DNA of 64,000 nucleotides from Octopus vulgaris (GCA_951406725.2 OX597820.1:39556001-39620000), one strand, 5' to 3'; positions 1 to 12,671 are shown, counted from the stretch's first letter. Made by a program: numbers and translations. The notes: a model not told the origin generated them from the letters alone.

Positions 1-224
1 CTTTTATATATGCGTGTGCGTGCGTGTGAGTATCCTCGTATGTATGTATGTATGTATGTATGTATGTATGTACGTATGTACACACACACACATATATAAT
101 ATATAATATATATATACATATATACATACATACATACATACATACATACATACATACATACATACCGGCGTTCACCAACTCAACAGCAGCCCTTCCTATT
201 TGTTTCGCCGTCCCGTTTTTGTTA

Positions 225-505
225 CCAGCTTTGACTCTCCGCAAAATCCCAAATTTGATTTAATTTGCTTTTCGAGAGCAACTGTTTTGTCGAAAATGTA
301 TCTTGTCGCGAATTGCTCGAAATACGAAGTAGAAAAACAGCCAACAACTGATGAAGAGTTCTTGTTTTTTCTTTTTTTTTAATGTTGCTTGTCTTGTTTT
401 CCATTTGTTGTTTTCGTTGTTCACAAAAATAGTTCGTATTCTCTGTTTTCGTATTTCGTATTTCATGTTATTTACATTCTGTGGTGTCTTCTGTCCATAT
501 ATGCA
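225..505 (+). mobile_element. Small dispersed repeat (Penelope-like/retrozyme-like) with hammerhead-like core words; copy 1
   Basis: Homologous to the reverse complement of 57520-57685 (shared CAACTGATGAAG, TGTTRCTTGTCYTGTTTTCCATTT, TTCATGTTRTTTACA). Contains GCTC-GAAA (315-322), GTA (329-331) and CTGATGA-AGAGT (348-359). Confidence 0.55.
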
Positions 506-591
506 TGTATGTATATATGTATGCATACATATTTATATATTATTCATATTACTATATGATTGAACGCCACTCATCCATTTCCAAGTAAGTT

Positions 592-770
<179 letters not shown>

Positions 771-773
771 ATG

Positions 774-988
774 CAGTAATCCTTCGACTGTCGCGGATGC
801 TACGTTCCAACCACCCCCACGATAGGAGAAAATCCGCGAAGTAGAAACAGTACTGTACTGTATTATTTTATTATTTTTATAATTTGTATATATTTTATTG
901 TAAATGTAAGACAACACCGTGAAGAAGTCGACGTAAGCTTAAATAATAAACCGCGATAGGTAAACCGCGACATGGCGAGGCATTACTG
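774..988. mobile_element. pogo/Tigger-like MITE, 215 bp
   Basis: Left TIR CAGTAATCCTTCGACTGTCGCGG; right TIR reverse complement CAGTAATGCCTCGCCATGTCGCGG. TA follows the right end and TG precedes the left end; inserted in a TA-rich microsatellite. Confidence 0.8.
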
Positions 989-990
989 TA

Positions 991-1199
<209 letters not shown>

Positions 1200-1254
1200 C
1201 TACGTACACACACATATGCACGCACGCACACACGCACACACACACACATATATG

Positions 1255-1312
<58 letters not shown>

Positions 1313-1487
1313 TATGCATGTTCGTGTATCGGTGATGAATGATTAAAAAAGCACCATCGAAAAAAAATTCCCTAAAACTTTGTTATATAATTGCGTGAGT
1401 TATAATCTCTTTTTGCTTTGGTCAACTCTTTTAAACGTCTCTTACATAAAATAGGTACCAGATGAAATAAAATGAAATAAAACAAAA

Positions 1488-1613
1488 TAAAATAAATGTG
1501 AGGACTATATAATCAAATTAAATTTTGAGGGTTGTTCTCGAACTTGGCTGCAGCCAAGTTCGAGAACAACCCTCAAAATTTAATTTGATTATATAGTCCT
1601 CACATTTATTTTA
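1488..1613. repeat. Perfect 126-bp palindrome with no spacer (63-bp arms)
   Basis: Centre ...AACTTGGCTG|CAGCCAAGTT... between 1550 and 1551; arms checked base by base out to TAAAATAAATGTG / CACATTTATTTTA. Confidence 0.95.
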
Positions 1614-1649
1614 CCGATGAATAGCACCGGTCGCTGAAACTCGTAATTA

Positions 1650-1855
1650 TAGCCATTGAGAAGAAACATCAGATAATACGAAAGAGCACACGAGAAGCTT
1701 CACTCCTCCGTTGTATGAAGTTGCTTCACCTGCAGTAGATGTCATCACTGTTGCAAATCAAGACCAGGCCTTATAGCCCACATGCGAGACTGTCAGAGAT
1801 TATTACGGACCAAGAACAGTCAGTGTCGACCAACGACGGACAACCGAAGACTCTA
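1650..1855 (+). mobile_element. RTE-clade LINE 3' end remnant
   Basis: From 1725 translates FTCSRCHHCCKSRPGLIAHMRDCQRL, matching the C-x2-C...SRxGLxxHxRxC C-terminal motif of RTE ORFs; short 3' UTR follows. Confidence 0.65.
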
Positions 1856-2092
1856 ATTAAGCTAAACAGAATTTGAACTCAGAATGCAAAGAATATGAAT
1901 ATGTCACTTGACCTTTCTGCAATGCACTAAGTTCATTTTAAAATTATGTCATTCTGAAAAGGGGAAGCCCAATTAAGTGAGAAGTGTAATTCGAGTCACT
2001 CAAGCGACTAAACCCATTTTTTTCTGTCCAAGTGACATATAGACTTTTATTTGTGCCTGAATCCGCTTCGCTGGCAAACTTCACCTTTGCAA

Positions 2093-2380
2093 TCATCATA
2101 ATAATTGTTCGACCGTGGTCGAGACAATGTAATTTACTATGTTACGCAAGACTTCACGGTCCATCATAGCATTACGGAGGTCCTGTTGCTGGATGCCTGT
2201 ATCCCTGGAGATTACATCAGGGTAGGAGAGTGTGCGCCCTCTGGTATCGCGAGCAGATGGCTTCCAGAGGAGAAGAGTAGAAATTACCTCGTTTTCAGCT
2301 CTACAACAATGTCCAGCAAACTGGACTCTTCTACCTTTCACAAGAGATGATACAGGTGGTAGTTTCCCATATATTTGTAG
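2093..2380 (-). mobile_element. RTE-clade LINE 3' fragment, 5'-truncated
   Basis: ORF 2096..2383: RRVQFAGHCCRA...LLLWKP...GRTLSYPDVISRDTG...AMMDREV resembles the post-RT region of RTE elements; short ATG-repeat tail. Confidence 0.75.
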
Positions 2381-3177
2381 CAATAGCTAAAGAAAGGGTT
2401 CTGACTTAATCACACTCTGTGCTCTGGAAACGTCTCCCATGTTCATCCATATTTATTTACGTATTTCTCGATGCTTCTACACTTGTATTGTAAATGTAAT
2501 CAAGTAAATGAGGCATGTTCGTGATTCAGTGACATTTGATAGCTGTTTCACTCCAATCGTGTTGCTAAACACATTTGAAAAAGAAGGGATCGAGTGTTAC
2601 AAAATTTCAATTCTGTGTCAAAATTATTCAGTGGTCTTGTAAGACTCTAGAAGTCTTAAGAAAGATACTAACTTCTCTATTTGGGATTATTTTGTTATTG
2701 TTGCTATTGTTTCGTCTCATGTCAATCCGGATCGAGTAGACTTATGGTCAAAGGGATTCCACTTGCATATTATCACAGCTTTTTGATCAGTATTTTGGGC
2801 TACTTGTTTATGAAAGCTGCCTATTTTTGTGTTAAGACAGTAAATTGGAAATTGAGTCATGCTTTTGATATTATTCTAACAATTCGAGCTATTATGTAGA
2901 AGCTCTATCGTTAAACTGTTTATTTTGTTTTGTTGATCTCAACGTTTCTGTATTCTAAAATATAGCATCTTCTGCACAGGAAAAGTAGTTTAAGTAAGTA
3001 ACAAACATCTGTAACTCAAAGTAAGATTACTATAATCTGAGCTCAGTAGAAATAAAGCGGATAAATCACCACCCACAGCATCCCTCCTCCACTATCAATG
3101 ACAACGCCACCATCAACGACGACGACGATAACAACAACTTAGTGGCTTTTCCCATCGTAAAACCTATAGAACAATTA

Positions 3178-3361
3178 TTTATTTCTTTACTACCTACAAG
3201 GGGCTAAACACAGAGGGGACAAACAAGGACAGACAAACGGATTAAGTCGATTACATCGACCCCAGTACGTAACTGGTACTTAATTCATCGACCCCGAGAG
3301 GATGAAAGGCAAAGTCGACCTTGGCGGAATTTGAACCCAGAACGTAACGGCAGACGAAATA
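3178..3361 (-). mobile_element. SINE family A, headless copy
   Basis: Shares TCGACCCCGA..GGATGAAAGGCAAAGTCGACC..GGCGGAATTTGAAC.CAGAACGTAACGGCAGACGAAATA with the 41194-41807 copies. Confidence 0.85.
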
Positions 3362-3522
3362 AGAGTGGTGAAAGAGTACAGCAGGGATCACCACCCCCTG
3401 CCGGAGCGTCGTGGAGCTTTTAGGTGTTTTCGCTCAATAAAAATTCACAACGCCCGGTCTAGGAATCGAAACCGCGATCCTACGACCGCGAGTCCGCTGC
3501 CCTAACCGCTGGGCCATTGCGC

Positions 3523-3523
<1 letters not shown>
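3362..3523 (-). mobile_element. SINE family B, tRNA-like head region
   Basis: Reverse complement begins GGCGCAATGGCCCAGCGGTTAGGGCAGCGGACTCGCGG...GGTTTCGATTCC (Pol III A/B boxes); matches 38857-39223 and 55712-55990. Confidence 0.85.
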
Positions 3524-3588
<65 letters not shown>

Positions 3589-4233
3589 GTATGTATTGTA
3601 TATATATATATGCATGTATGTTCATATATGCATCTATATATAGATATATGTATGTATTTATATGTATATATATATATATATGTCTATATATATATGTATG
3701 TATATATGTATAAATACGTGCATGTATATATATGTGTGTATACACACACACAAAAAAAATATATGGACTTATACATATATGTATTCAAACATCTCGATCT
3801 CACGTCAGTTTTTTTCAATAAGTGTTCGTCTAATACCCTATTTATAATCCAGAAAGAAATTTTCCAATATAAAACTAGCAATAAAATTATGAATTAATGA
3901 ATTCTTGTCTAATTTCCCAACAGAAATCCAATGATTGTGGCAATATTTTGGATATTAGAAAAAAAAAAAAAAAGTGCAGAAGTTACAACGAGAACGTCTG
4001 CGATTTTCATTAGAAAAGATATTTATTTGAGAAAGCGTCTGAATAAAATGACTGAAAGAATTGGTGCCTCTCACACTGATTGTTTATTCATTATTCATAC
4101 AACATTAATTTATAATTAAAGTGAGTTACATTTGAAGTAGAATTATATATTGTGTGGTAATTACCGTTTTGCAAATTACTCTGTGTAATCACTACTTGGT
4201 AAACAATTTATTGTAGTCATCTCGCAGTATATA

Positions 4234-4568
4234 AAGACCCCTTTCAGTGATGAATGACCATGGTTTGCACCTAGAAAGTTATCCTTTGAGGCACAAGTCC
4301 GGGTAAGATTGTTTACAGAGGACCAGCGGTTGCCCATGCATACTAGCCTTTCCTCTCCACGCCACAGATGTTGTCCGATGGAAAAGTGAAGGCCGATACA
4401 GCTTGGCACCAGTGATGTCGCAACTCATTTCTACAGCTGAGTGAACAGGACCAACGTGAAATAAAGTGTCTTGGTCAAGTCCACAATACACAACCCAGTC
4501 CGGGAGTTGAACTCGCAACTTCATGGACTGTGAGCCCGATACTCTAATCACTGAGCCATGCACCTTCA
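4234..4568 (-). mobile_element. SINE family D, near full length
   Basis: Reverse complement has A box TGGCTCAGTG, B box GAGTTCAACTCC, a central TTGTG..CTTGA.CAAGACACTTT segment, and a 3' tail shared with 14876-15140. Confidence 0.85.
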
Positions 4569-4878
4569 CAGTTAATATGAAATGGTAAATTCTTCTTCGT
4601 AATCTCTTTGTGGTGAGCACCACGTAATAAACACCTCTTGGTTAACAACTCATCCTAAATATTATTACAGTAAATACCTCACGGGACGAATGAACGATAT
4701 AGAGTCAACCTTTCGTAGAAAATTTTCCGGATATCACTGAAAAGTTCATAGATATGTAACGAAATCAGAAGGCCTCACATGTTTTGATTAATTTCATTGG
4801 AAAAAACACGAAAGTCTTAACTTCTCATCATCAACTTTTAAAATATAGGAACTTCACATTTAGTTAGAAAGGAAAACC

Positions 4879-5238
4879 AATTCTTTAACCAGTGGCTTAG
4901 TCTGTGGTTTGCGATGCTTGCGGACCGCACGGGGCAGCCACCGATGAAGGAGAGAGGGTAAAGATAGACTGGTAGATAGCTAACTAGCAAGCTAGACAGA
5001 TAGAGAGATTGGTAGGTAGGGAGATAGATAGTCTGACAAGAAGGCTGGCAGATAGATAAATAGATGTTTAAGGCGGCGAGCTGGCAGAATCGTTAGCAAG
5101 CCGGGCGAAATGCTTAGCGGTATTTCGTCTGCCGTTACGTTCTGAGTTCAAATTCTTTAACCAGTGGCTTAGTCTGTGGTTTGCGATGCTTGCGGACCGC
5201 ACGGGGCAGCCACCGATGAAGGAGAGAAGGTAAAGATA
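4879..5238. repeat. 88-bp direct duplication (4879-4966 / 5151-5238) enclosing a SINE A head (5072-5155)
   Basis: AATTCTTTAACCAGTGG...GGTAAAGATA occurs twice with one mismatch; the junction lies at the AATTC shared with the SINE B box GTTCAAATTC. Confidence 0.9.
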
Positions 5239-5289
5239 TACCAAGGGTACAGTACTTCTGATCTAAATTTCCTAGTATATTTGCTAACT

Positions 5290-5790
5290 TAAAGCTGACC
5301 AATTTTTAAAAAATTGTCTATTTACCAAACTACATGGAAGGGCAAACTATTTGTAGATACAGACGAATATAGTTATTACAAAATCTAATCCTTCCACATC
5401 TATTCTTCTGTATGGAGCTAAAACCATTAACCAACATTTTAAATCATAATAGACTCAGATACAATGTCAGAACATTCAAACATTTTTTTGTATACTGAAG
5501 ACGATAAAATGCTAAAAAAATTGACACACAGTACACCGAAGTATTAGAGAAAATGTTTTGATTAGAAAATGCCCCCAAGGCATCCATAATGCCAGAAAAA
5601 TTAAGAACGCTAATGCCATGTTAGATTATGAAACAGAGATAAGAGAATTAGAACAAACGCAGACTAATAAATATTTAGGTAGGACAAACTAGTCAGTACA
5701 CAGCACACACAAATGAAAGAAGAAGTTACGAATGCATACGATATAAAATACAGCTAAATACAAAACATGTTATGTACTATTACTGTAGCT
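5290..5790 (+). pseudogene. Highly decayed non-LTR reverse transcriptase remnant, probably R4/Dong-type
   Basis: Broken-frame segments resembling F(G)LEKC and EIRELEQTQT(N/Y)KYLG, similar in character to the 48640-49342 remnant. Confidence 0.45.
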
Positions 5791-5799
5791 GCCCTAGTA

Positions 5800-5839
<40 letters not shown>

Positions 5840-6837
5840 GTATAACCGTCTTCGTCTTTTTTATTATAAATTCTCACTATATATATATATATAAGTTCAG
5901 CAAAATTTAGATTCAGATGAACATGGTACTTAAGTTAAAGGCACCAGAATTTTGTATGGTATTATCCATATAAATCAAATGGGGGGATTATAATCAAAAT
6001 AAGCAACAATGATATCCAACGTAGAGTAGTACGATTGTTTCATGCTACTTCATTTTATTAAACCCTGTAAGTATTACATCACTTTTAAAATGTCGAGCAA
6101 TCTTCATCCACATACAGAATTTTTCAATTGAACGGACAATGCACATTCTTATACCTATTTTGCCAACATTACAAAGAGGGTAGATATATAGACAGAGAGG
6201 TTAATTTCATCATTAAGAACATGACGGTAGTATGTTCATTCTCCGTCTGTAGATTTTATCACTAAGTTCACTTTGTTATTTAGATCTATCAGTGGTGGGG
6301 GGGATATTCTTGGTTGAATGGAGACAATATATATATATATATATATATCTTCTTGAAAGGAAAGAAGTTCTAAGAATGTACCGATTACCAACAGTTGAAT
6401 GAAGTATGAGTCTTTGTGGTAATTAGCCTTTTATAGAAATAAAACGGATGATCCCTTAGTGGTTTTGAACTCATAAGTACGTTATATTTTATTTCTTTGG
6501 CACATAATCGTATAGATAAAGACAGTGGCGAAGTGTGGGTTTTTGCCGCTTTGTGTAGTAACCAAATTTCGTTTGCTTCCTTAAACAACATTTTATCTAT
6601 CACACAAACAAACCACTTTAAAAATTACAAAAGCTGCTGAAACAAACAAAATGTCACTACAAATAATTGATCTTCAGACTGTGTAAAGACAATAAATAAA
6701 ATAATGAAAAAAAAATGCGATAAAATTAGGGAAGTAACAATTAAATCCATAACAAAACTTAATGAAGATATCTCATTATCATCATCTTCACAATGGATAT
6801 GTGAGTGTGTGTGTGTGTGTGTACATCTATTTATCTA

Positions 6838-6983
6838 TCTTATTTCTTTATTGCCCACAAGAGGCCAAACATAGAGGGGACAAACAAGGACAGACAAAGG
6901 GATTAAGTCGATTACATAGACCCCAGTGCGTAACTGGCACTTTATTTATCGACCCCGAAAGGATGAAAGGCAAAGTCGACCTT
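6838..6983 (-). mobile_element. SINE family A, partial
   Basis: CGACCCCGAAAGGATGAAAGGCAAAGTCGACC with the GGACAAACAAGGACAGACAAA tail. Confidence 0.85.
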
Positions 6984-7063
6984 TTGAAGAATTTAAGATC
7001 TGTCTGCCACTTCTTCGCTATAGTTCCTTCAGCAAATTAATATGCTTTCACTATAAAAAAAGA

Positions 7064-7280
7064 AGGCTGCGAGTTTGCACAATAGTTAGCGTGTCGGGAA
7101 AAGTGCTAAGCGGCATTTCATCCGTCTCTATGTTCTGAGTTCAATTTCCGCCGAGGTCGACTTAGCCTTTTATCCTCTTGGGGTGGATAAAATAAACACC
7201 AGTTGAGTACTGGGGTCGATGTAGTCGACTAACCACTGCCTCGGAATTGCTGGCCTAGTGACAAAATTTCCAACAAATAT
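7064..7280 (+). mobile_element. SINE family A, diverged full copy
   Basis: GGCTGCGAGTTTGCACAA...GTTCTGAGTTCAATTTCCGCCGAGGTCGAC...GTACTGGGGTCGATG. Confidence 0.8.
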
Positions 7281-7446
7281 TTTATAAATGCGGTCAGACG
7301 GTACCGAATCAAAAGCTTTCATGGTCCAAGTGCTTAAAAGGCTATTTTAACATACATTACAACCACTCAGACCCATCTTATTAACAAAGAGCTTGTTGAT
7401 TATGCCGAAAGACTTAAACTCTTTCTATTCTTAAGCAATTATAATT

Positions 7447-7740
7447 TTTTGTTGTGTCTAAGGAGAATCGTTATGCCAATATTAACACACGCTCTGGTTC
7501 AATTCCACTCCTTTATTATTAGTCAATTGGTTAAATATCTAACTAACTAATCGATTGCTTTTTTTTAGTTAAACAGCAAGTTGGATATTAACTAACTGAC
7601 AAATAGTAAAGGAATAGAATAGAACCAGCACGTGTGTTAATGATATTGACATAATGACTCTCCCTAGACACAACAAAACTTGTTTTAACACACGACTTCA
7701 CAATTAGAATCTTGCAAACCAGATACAAAACCGAAGTAGA
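7447..7740. mobile_element. Foldback (fully palindromic) MITE-like element; copy 1
   Basis: TTTTGTTGTGTCTAAGGAGAATCGTTATGCCAATATTAACACACG.TCTGGTTC is inverted to GAACCAGCACGTGTGTTAA...CATAATGACTCTCCCTAGACACAACAAAA (ends 7678); the reverse complement of 7690-7740 matches 17491-17550. Confidence 0.75.
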
Positions 7741-8294
7741 CATTTTTCTTTTCTGTAAACATTGTCATCCTTTTTTTGAGAACAGTTTTTGCGGTACATT
7801 CACAGTGGATAAATAATAGAGTGATAGTTACATGGGCCAACAGTTGATATCTTATTATAGTTCATTGTTGTCCTGCTAGTAAAGAGCTATCTAGGAACTT
7901 GGTTCTGTTTCTTTAAAACATCATTGAAAATGGCCGTTGCCTATCAGAGCTGTAGTTTTAAAAAAAATCTCTCAAAATATATATTGTAAATCGTTTGAAA
8001 GACGGTACTCAACTAACCAGGTGCTGTTTATGTTTCATTTAGATTCATTTTCAAAAACATGGGTTTCCAAAATATTTCTGATGTTTCTTTAATGGATATC
8101 TTATCAAACATCTAGTTGTTACCAAGCATTGTCCTATTAAAGCGAATTGTTTTCAATAAACATGGTTTTGTGAGTAACGTTTTTCTCGTGTGCATTACCC
8201 TTTTTCAATTTATTATCCAAAGCGGATAAAATTGTATTTTTCGTTTTAAGTATCTGAGGTCTGTCGTGGTTGTCGTCGTCATTGTCATCATCAC

Positions 8295-8326
<32 letters not shown>

Positions 8327-8941
8327 CCATCGTAACCCCTCCCCCTCTTCCTTCTCATCTTCGTCATCGCTGTCGTTGTTGTTATTAAAAACTTTGCCTT
8401 CAGTTTTCTTTGTTTCATCTCTTATTGAAGTCAGTTATATAGAATAATAAAGAAATATTAAAAGGATTGTACGTATTTTTGATTGAAAAACAATATGACA
8501 CTTATTGATTAAAAGGAATGGCGTGGGTAGATGTTGAAAGACAGGGAAAAAAATAATAAAACCAAATAAAAAAAAAATAAGAAAAGTAAAACAAACCCAA
8601 AAATATCAGCACCCAAACGAAACCAAACTGAACTAAACTAAAGCAAAACCGAATCAAACTAAAGTAAAACTCAAAACGAAACAAAAGCAGTACTGGAAAA
8701 TGGCGTCAATGAACAAACAAAGAAACCAACAGAAATATACTGAAATAAACTGAAAGGAAATATAATAAAAAACAGAGTTAGAGAAATTACAAAAAAGAAT
8801 CAGTTGTAATATAAATTGTTGATAAAGAGCAGTGACTTGAAATTTCGTGGTGTGGGACATAATTTAGGTTTTGGTTGTGCTTGATGGATAAGTCAAAGAT
8901 AAACGAATAGAAAAAAAATTTATAAAAGTAAGAAACAGGAA

Positions 8942-8976
<35 letters not shown>

Positions 8977-9250
8977 AAATAAATACAATATTAAGATAGG
9001 GGTCGGGGAAAAATCGAGGTGAAGGTGAAGAGACAGGACTAAACAGTGAAATAAAGTGAAAAATAAAAGAGGGGAAAAAGTATTAGGGAAAAGCTTCATA
9101 AGAATTCAAAAATGTAGAAGAAAGGTGGGTTGGAAGGAAATGGAGGAAGGGTGGCGGTGAGAGAAAACTAATAATATAATAATGAATAACAAAAATAACA
9201 AAAAAGAAATGTCTAATCTTTCAAAAGATATCAAATAATTTTAAAAATAC

Positions 9251-9276
9251 TATATATATGTATGTATGTATGTATG

Positions 9277-9334
<58 letters not shown>

Positions 9335-9644
9335 TGTATATACATATGTATATATATATATATATTTATATATATATGTACATATATATGCATATATATG
9401 TATATATATGTATCTATGTACATATATGTATGTATATATATATGCATATATATATATGTATATATATGTATCTATGTACATATATGTATGTATATATATA
9501 TATATGCACATATATATATATATATGTGTATGCATGTATATATATGTATATATACACACACTCATATATATTTATATGTAAGTGTATATATATGTACATA
9601 TATAATATGTACATACATAATACATACATATATATATATATGTA

Positions 9645-9683
<39 letters not shown>

Positions 9684-9705
9684 GTACACACGTATACACA
9701 TATAT
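9251..9705. repeat. Compound (TA)n/(TATG)n microsatellite
   Basis: Direct reading. Confidence 0.95.
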
Positions 9706-10110
9706 AAAAATAGTATCCCCTCCAAAAAAAAAGAAAAAAAAGAAAACGAAGTTTAAGAGAAAAATTCAAGATGACGGACTGCTCAGCGATAAAGCAAAAC
9801 GAAAAGAGGATGTAAAACAAAATTCAACAATAACAAAGAAAAAAATAATAATAAAAGATAACAACAACAAAAACAGACAAACCGAAAATACACCAGAAAA
9901 ATGATAAAAACTATGATTTAAGTGAAAGAAACGAAGTGTAAAGGTGAGGCAAAATAATCTTTACACAAAAAATATAAAGCCATATAAAACAACAAAAATA
10001 ACAAATACAATAATAATAAGAAAGATGTAAAAATATAACAGAAAAATAGTACAAAGAAAAACAAATAAAACTGAGAAAAGTTGTCTGTATATAAAAGTCA
10101 ACGTCGACTT

Positions 10111-10171
10111 AATGATAATAATAATAATAACAACAATGATAACAATAATAATAATAATAATAATAATAGTA

Positions 10172-10237
<66 letters not shown>

Positions 10238-10249
10238 GTAATGATAATG

Positions 10250-10310
<61 letters not shown>

Positions 10311-10430
10311 TAATAATAATAATAATAATGATATTGGTGGTGCTGCTGGTTTTGCAAATGATGGTGGTGATGATTATGATGATAATGATGATGATCACGG
10401 TGTTGGTGGCGGTGATGATGATGATAACAT
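10111..10430. repeat. (AAT)n grading into (GAT/GGT)n
   Basis: Direct reading. Confidence 0.95.
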
Positions 10431-10566
10431 AGGAATTATTATAATAAAAGGTACACACACTCCACCCTCCAAATGAAACTGAAAAGGTAAATAAAAAAAG
10501 AAGAAAAATGGAAAAGAAATAGTGCAACATATTCGCAAAAAAATTTCACTACAATAACTTGAACGC

Positions 10567-10601
<35 letters not shown>

Positions 10602-10856
10602 GATATACCACCTATACACACACACACATATATATATATGCATAAATAGGTATATATATATATATATATATATATACATACACACACACACATATATATA
10701 CACATATATATATGTATAGAATCATACGCAGCATTGCATAAGCATTTATAAATATACACATGTATGTATGTGTGCGTGTGTGCGTATATATATATATATA
10801 TGTATCTAATACATATATGTATGTAAATATGTATACGTACGTACATACATACAAAA

Positions 10857-10889
<33 letters not shown>

Positions 10890-10924
10890 CATTTATGTAT
10901 GTATGTATATATATGTATATATAC

Positions 10925-10971
<47 letters not shown>

Positions 10972-11306
10972 CCCACAAACGACAAGAGTGAAGATAATAA
11001 TGGGCACTGTTAAAAAATATAATCTTTTTTGAAACTAAACAGATTCGACGTTTTTTTTCTCTCTATTCTTTTCTTTTCATTTCTCCCTTTCTCTCAGCGT
11101 TGCCCCATTCCTCACCTCTCCATCCCTTCATTTTTGTTCCTTCATTTCTTTCTTTCATTTTTTTCTTTCCTTCCTTCTTCATTTTTATTTCTTACTTCCT
11201 ATTTTCTTCTTTTGTCGTATTTTATTCGTTGTTTTCAAAGTTTTTTTTTCTTCTTCTGCCACCGATTACATGTCCCTCCTACTTTTCTTATCAAAGTAGA
11301 AGGCCT

Positions 11307-11445
<139 letters not shown>

Positions 11446-12001
11446 CGCATCATCATCAGAAACATGTGTGCAGTGCACTCAGAGACATACACGTATTATA
11501 CCTTAACGCATCAACCAACATCCGTACATATATATTCACAAATAAATACACAAGCAATTTACATACAACTCTTCAGAGTTGATTTTATATCTTGGTCGGC
11601 TTCCCCTAAAATCAATACAACGATTGCTCTCTCACACTCTGTGTGTGTGTGTGTGTATGCGTGTGCGTGTGTATGTATGTGAGTTTGTGAGCCTGTGATT
11701 CTGTGAGTCTGTTCAATTGTGCATCTGGGTATACGAGGCTACACGAAATTACATGTGCGTATGTGTATGTAAATAAAGGCATAGGGCCACACACATAAAA
11801 ACATGGGGAAACACAAACACATAAACACATCACATACATACACAAACATACACTAGGATATGCGGATTTACCAGTACATGCAAATACACGCCCACATATA
11901 CACATATTTATATAGAACATAAAGACATGTATATATGTATGTATACACACCTATGTGCACACGTACATATACATACATACATCTATCTATCTATCTATCT
12001 A

Positions 12002-12044
<43 letters not shown>

Positions 12045-12047
<3 letters not shown>

Positions 12048-12164
12048 CGTGATCACCGTGACCGACCAGACTATCAGATGTTGCTACACATCGCTTGTCA
12101 CAATGCGCTTCGCATTGTTTTAGCCTTCAAATGACGCCACCCCGCTTGCTAAGCGAGTAGGCCA
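12045..12164. mobile_element. 120-bp structured element embedded in (TA)n; copy 1
   Basis: CACCGTGATCACCGTGACCGACCAG...GCTAAGCGAGTAGGCCA; same length and boundaries as 27077-27196. Confidence 0.85.
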
Positions 12165-12435
12165 ATATATATATATATATATATATATACATACAAATAT
12201 ACATTACGTGTGCGCATATGCACATACATGTTGTATATATATGTGCACACACACACACACACACATACACACACGCTCACACACACAAATATTAATATCG
12301 ATATAGATATAGAGTGATAGACAGATACATATATATAAATATTTATAGATACATGCACGTATAATATATATATATATATATCTGTGTGTGTGTGTTGTGT
12401 TGTGTGTGTGTTGTGTTGTGTGTGTGTGTGTATGT

Positions 12436-12501
<66 letters not shown>

Positions 12502-12628
12502 TGTGTGTGTATTTGTGTGTGTATAGTTAGAAGTCTTGTGACGGTTTGTACTTCCATAACATTTCCTTAGTATTTAATAATAAACTCTATAATTTTGCTT
12601 GGCATCTCAACCACATTCAAATTATTCA

Positions 12629-12671
<43 letters not shown>

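Noticed and set aside
6385-6603. 72-aa complex-sequence ORF as a host exon
   Set aside because: No recognisable domain and a non-ATG start; its length is expected by chance.
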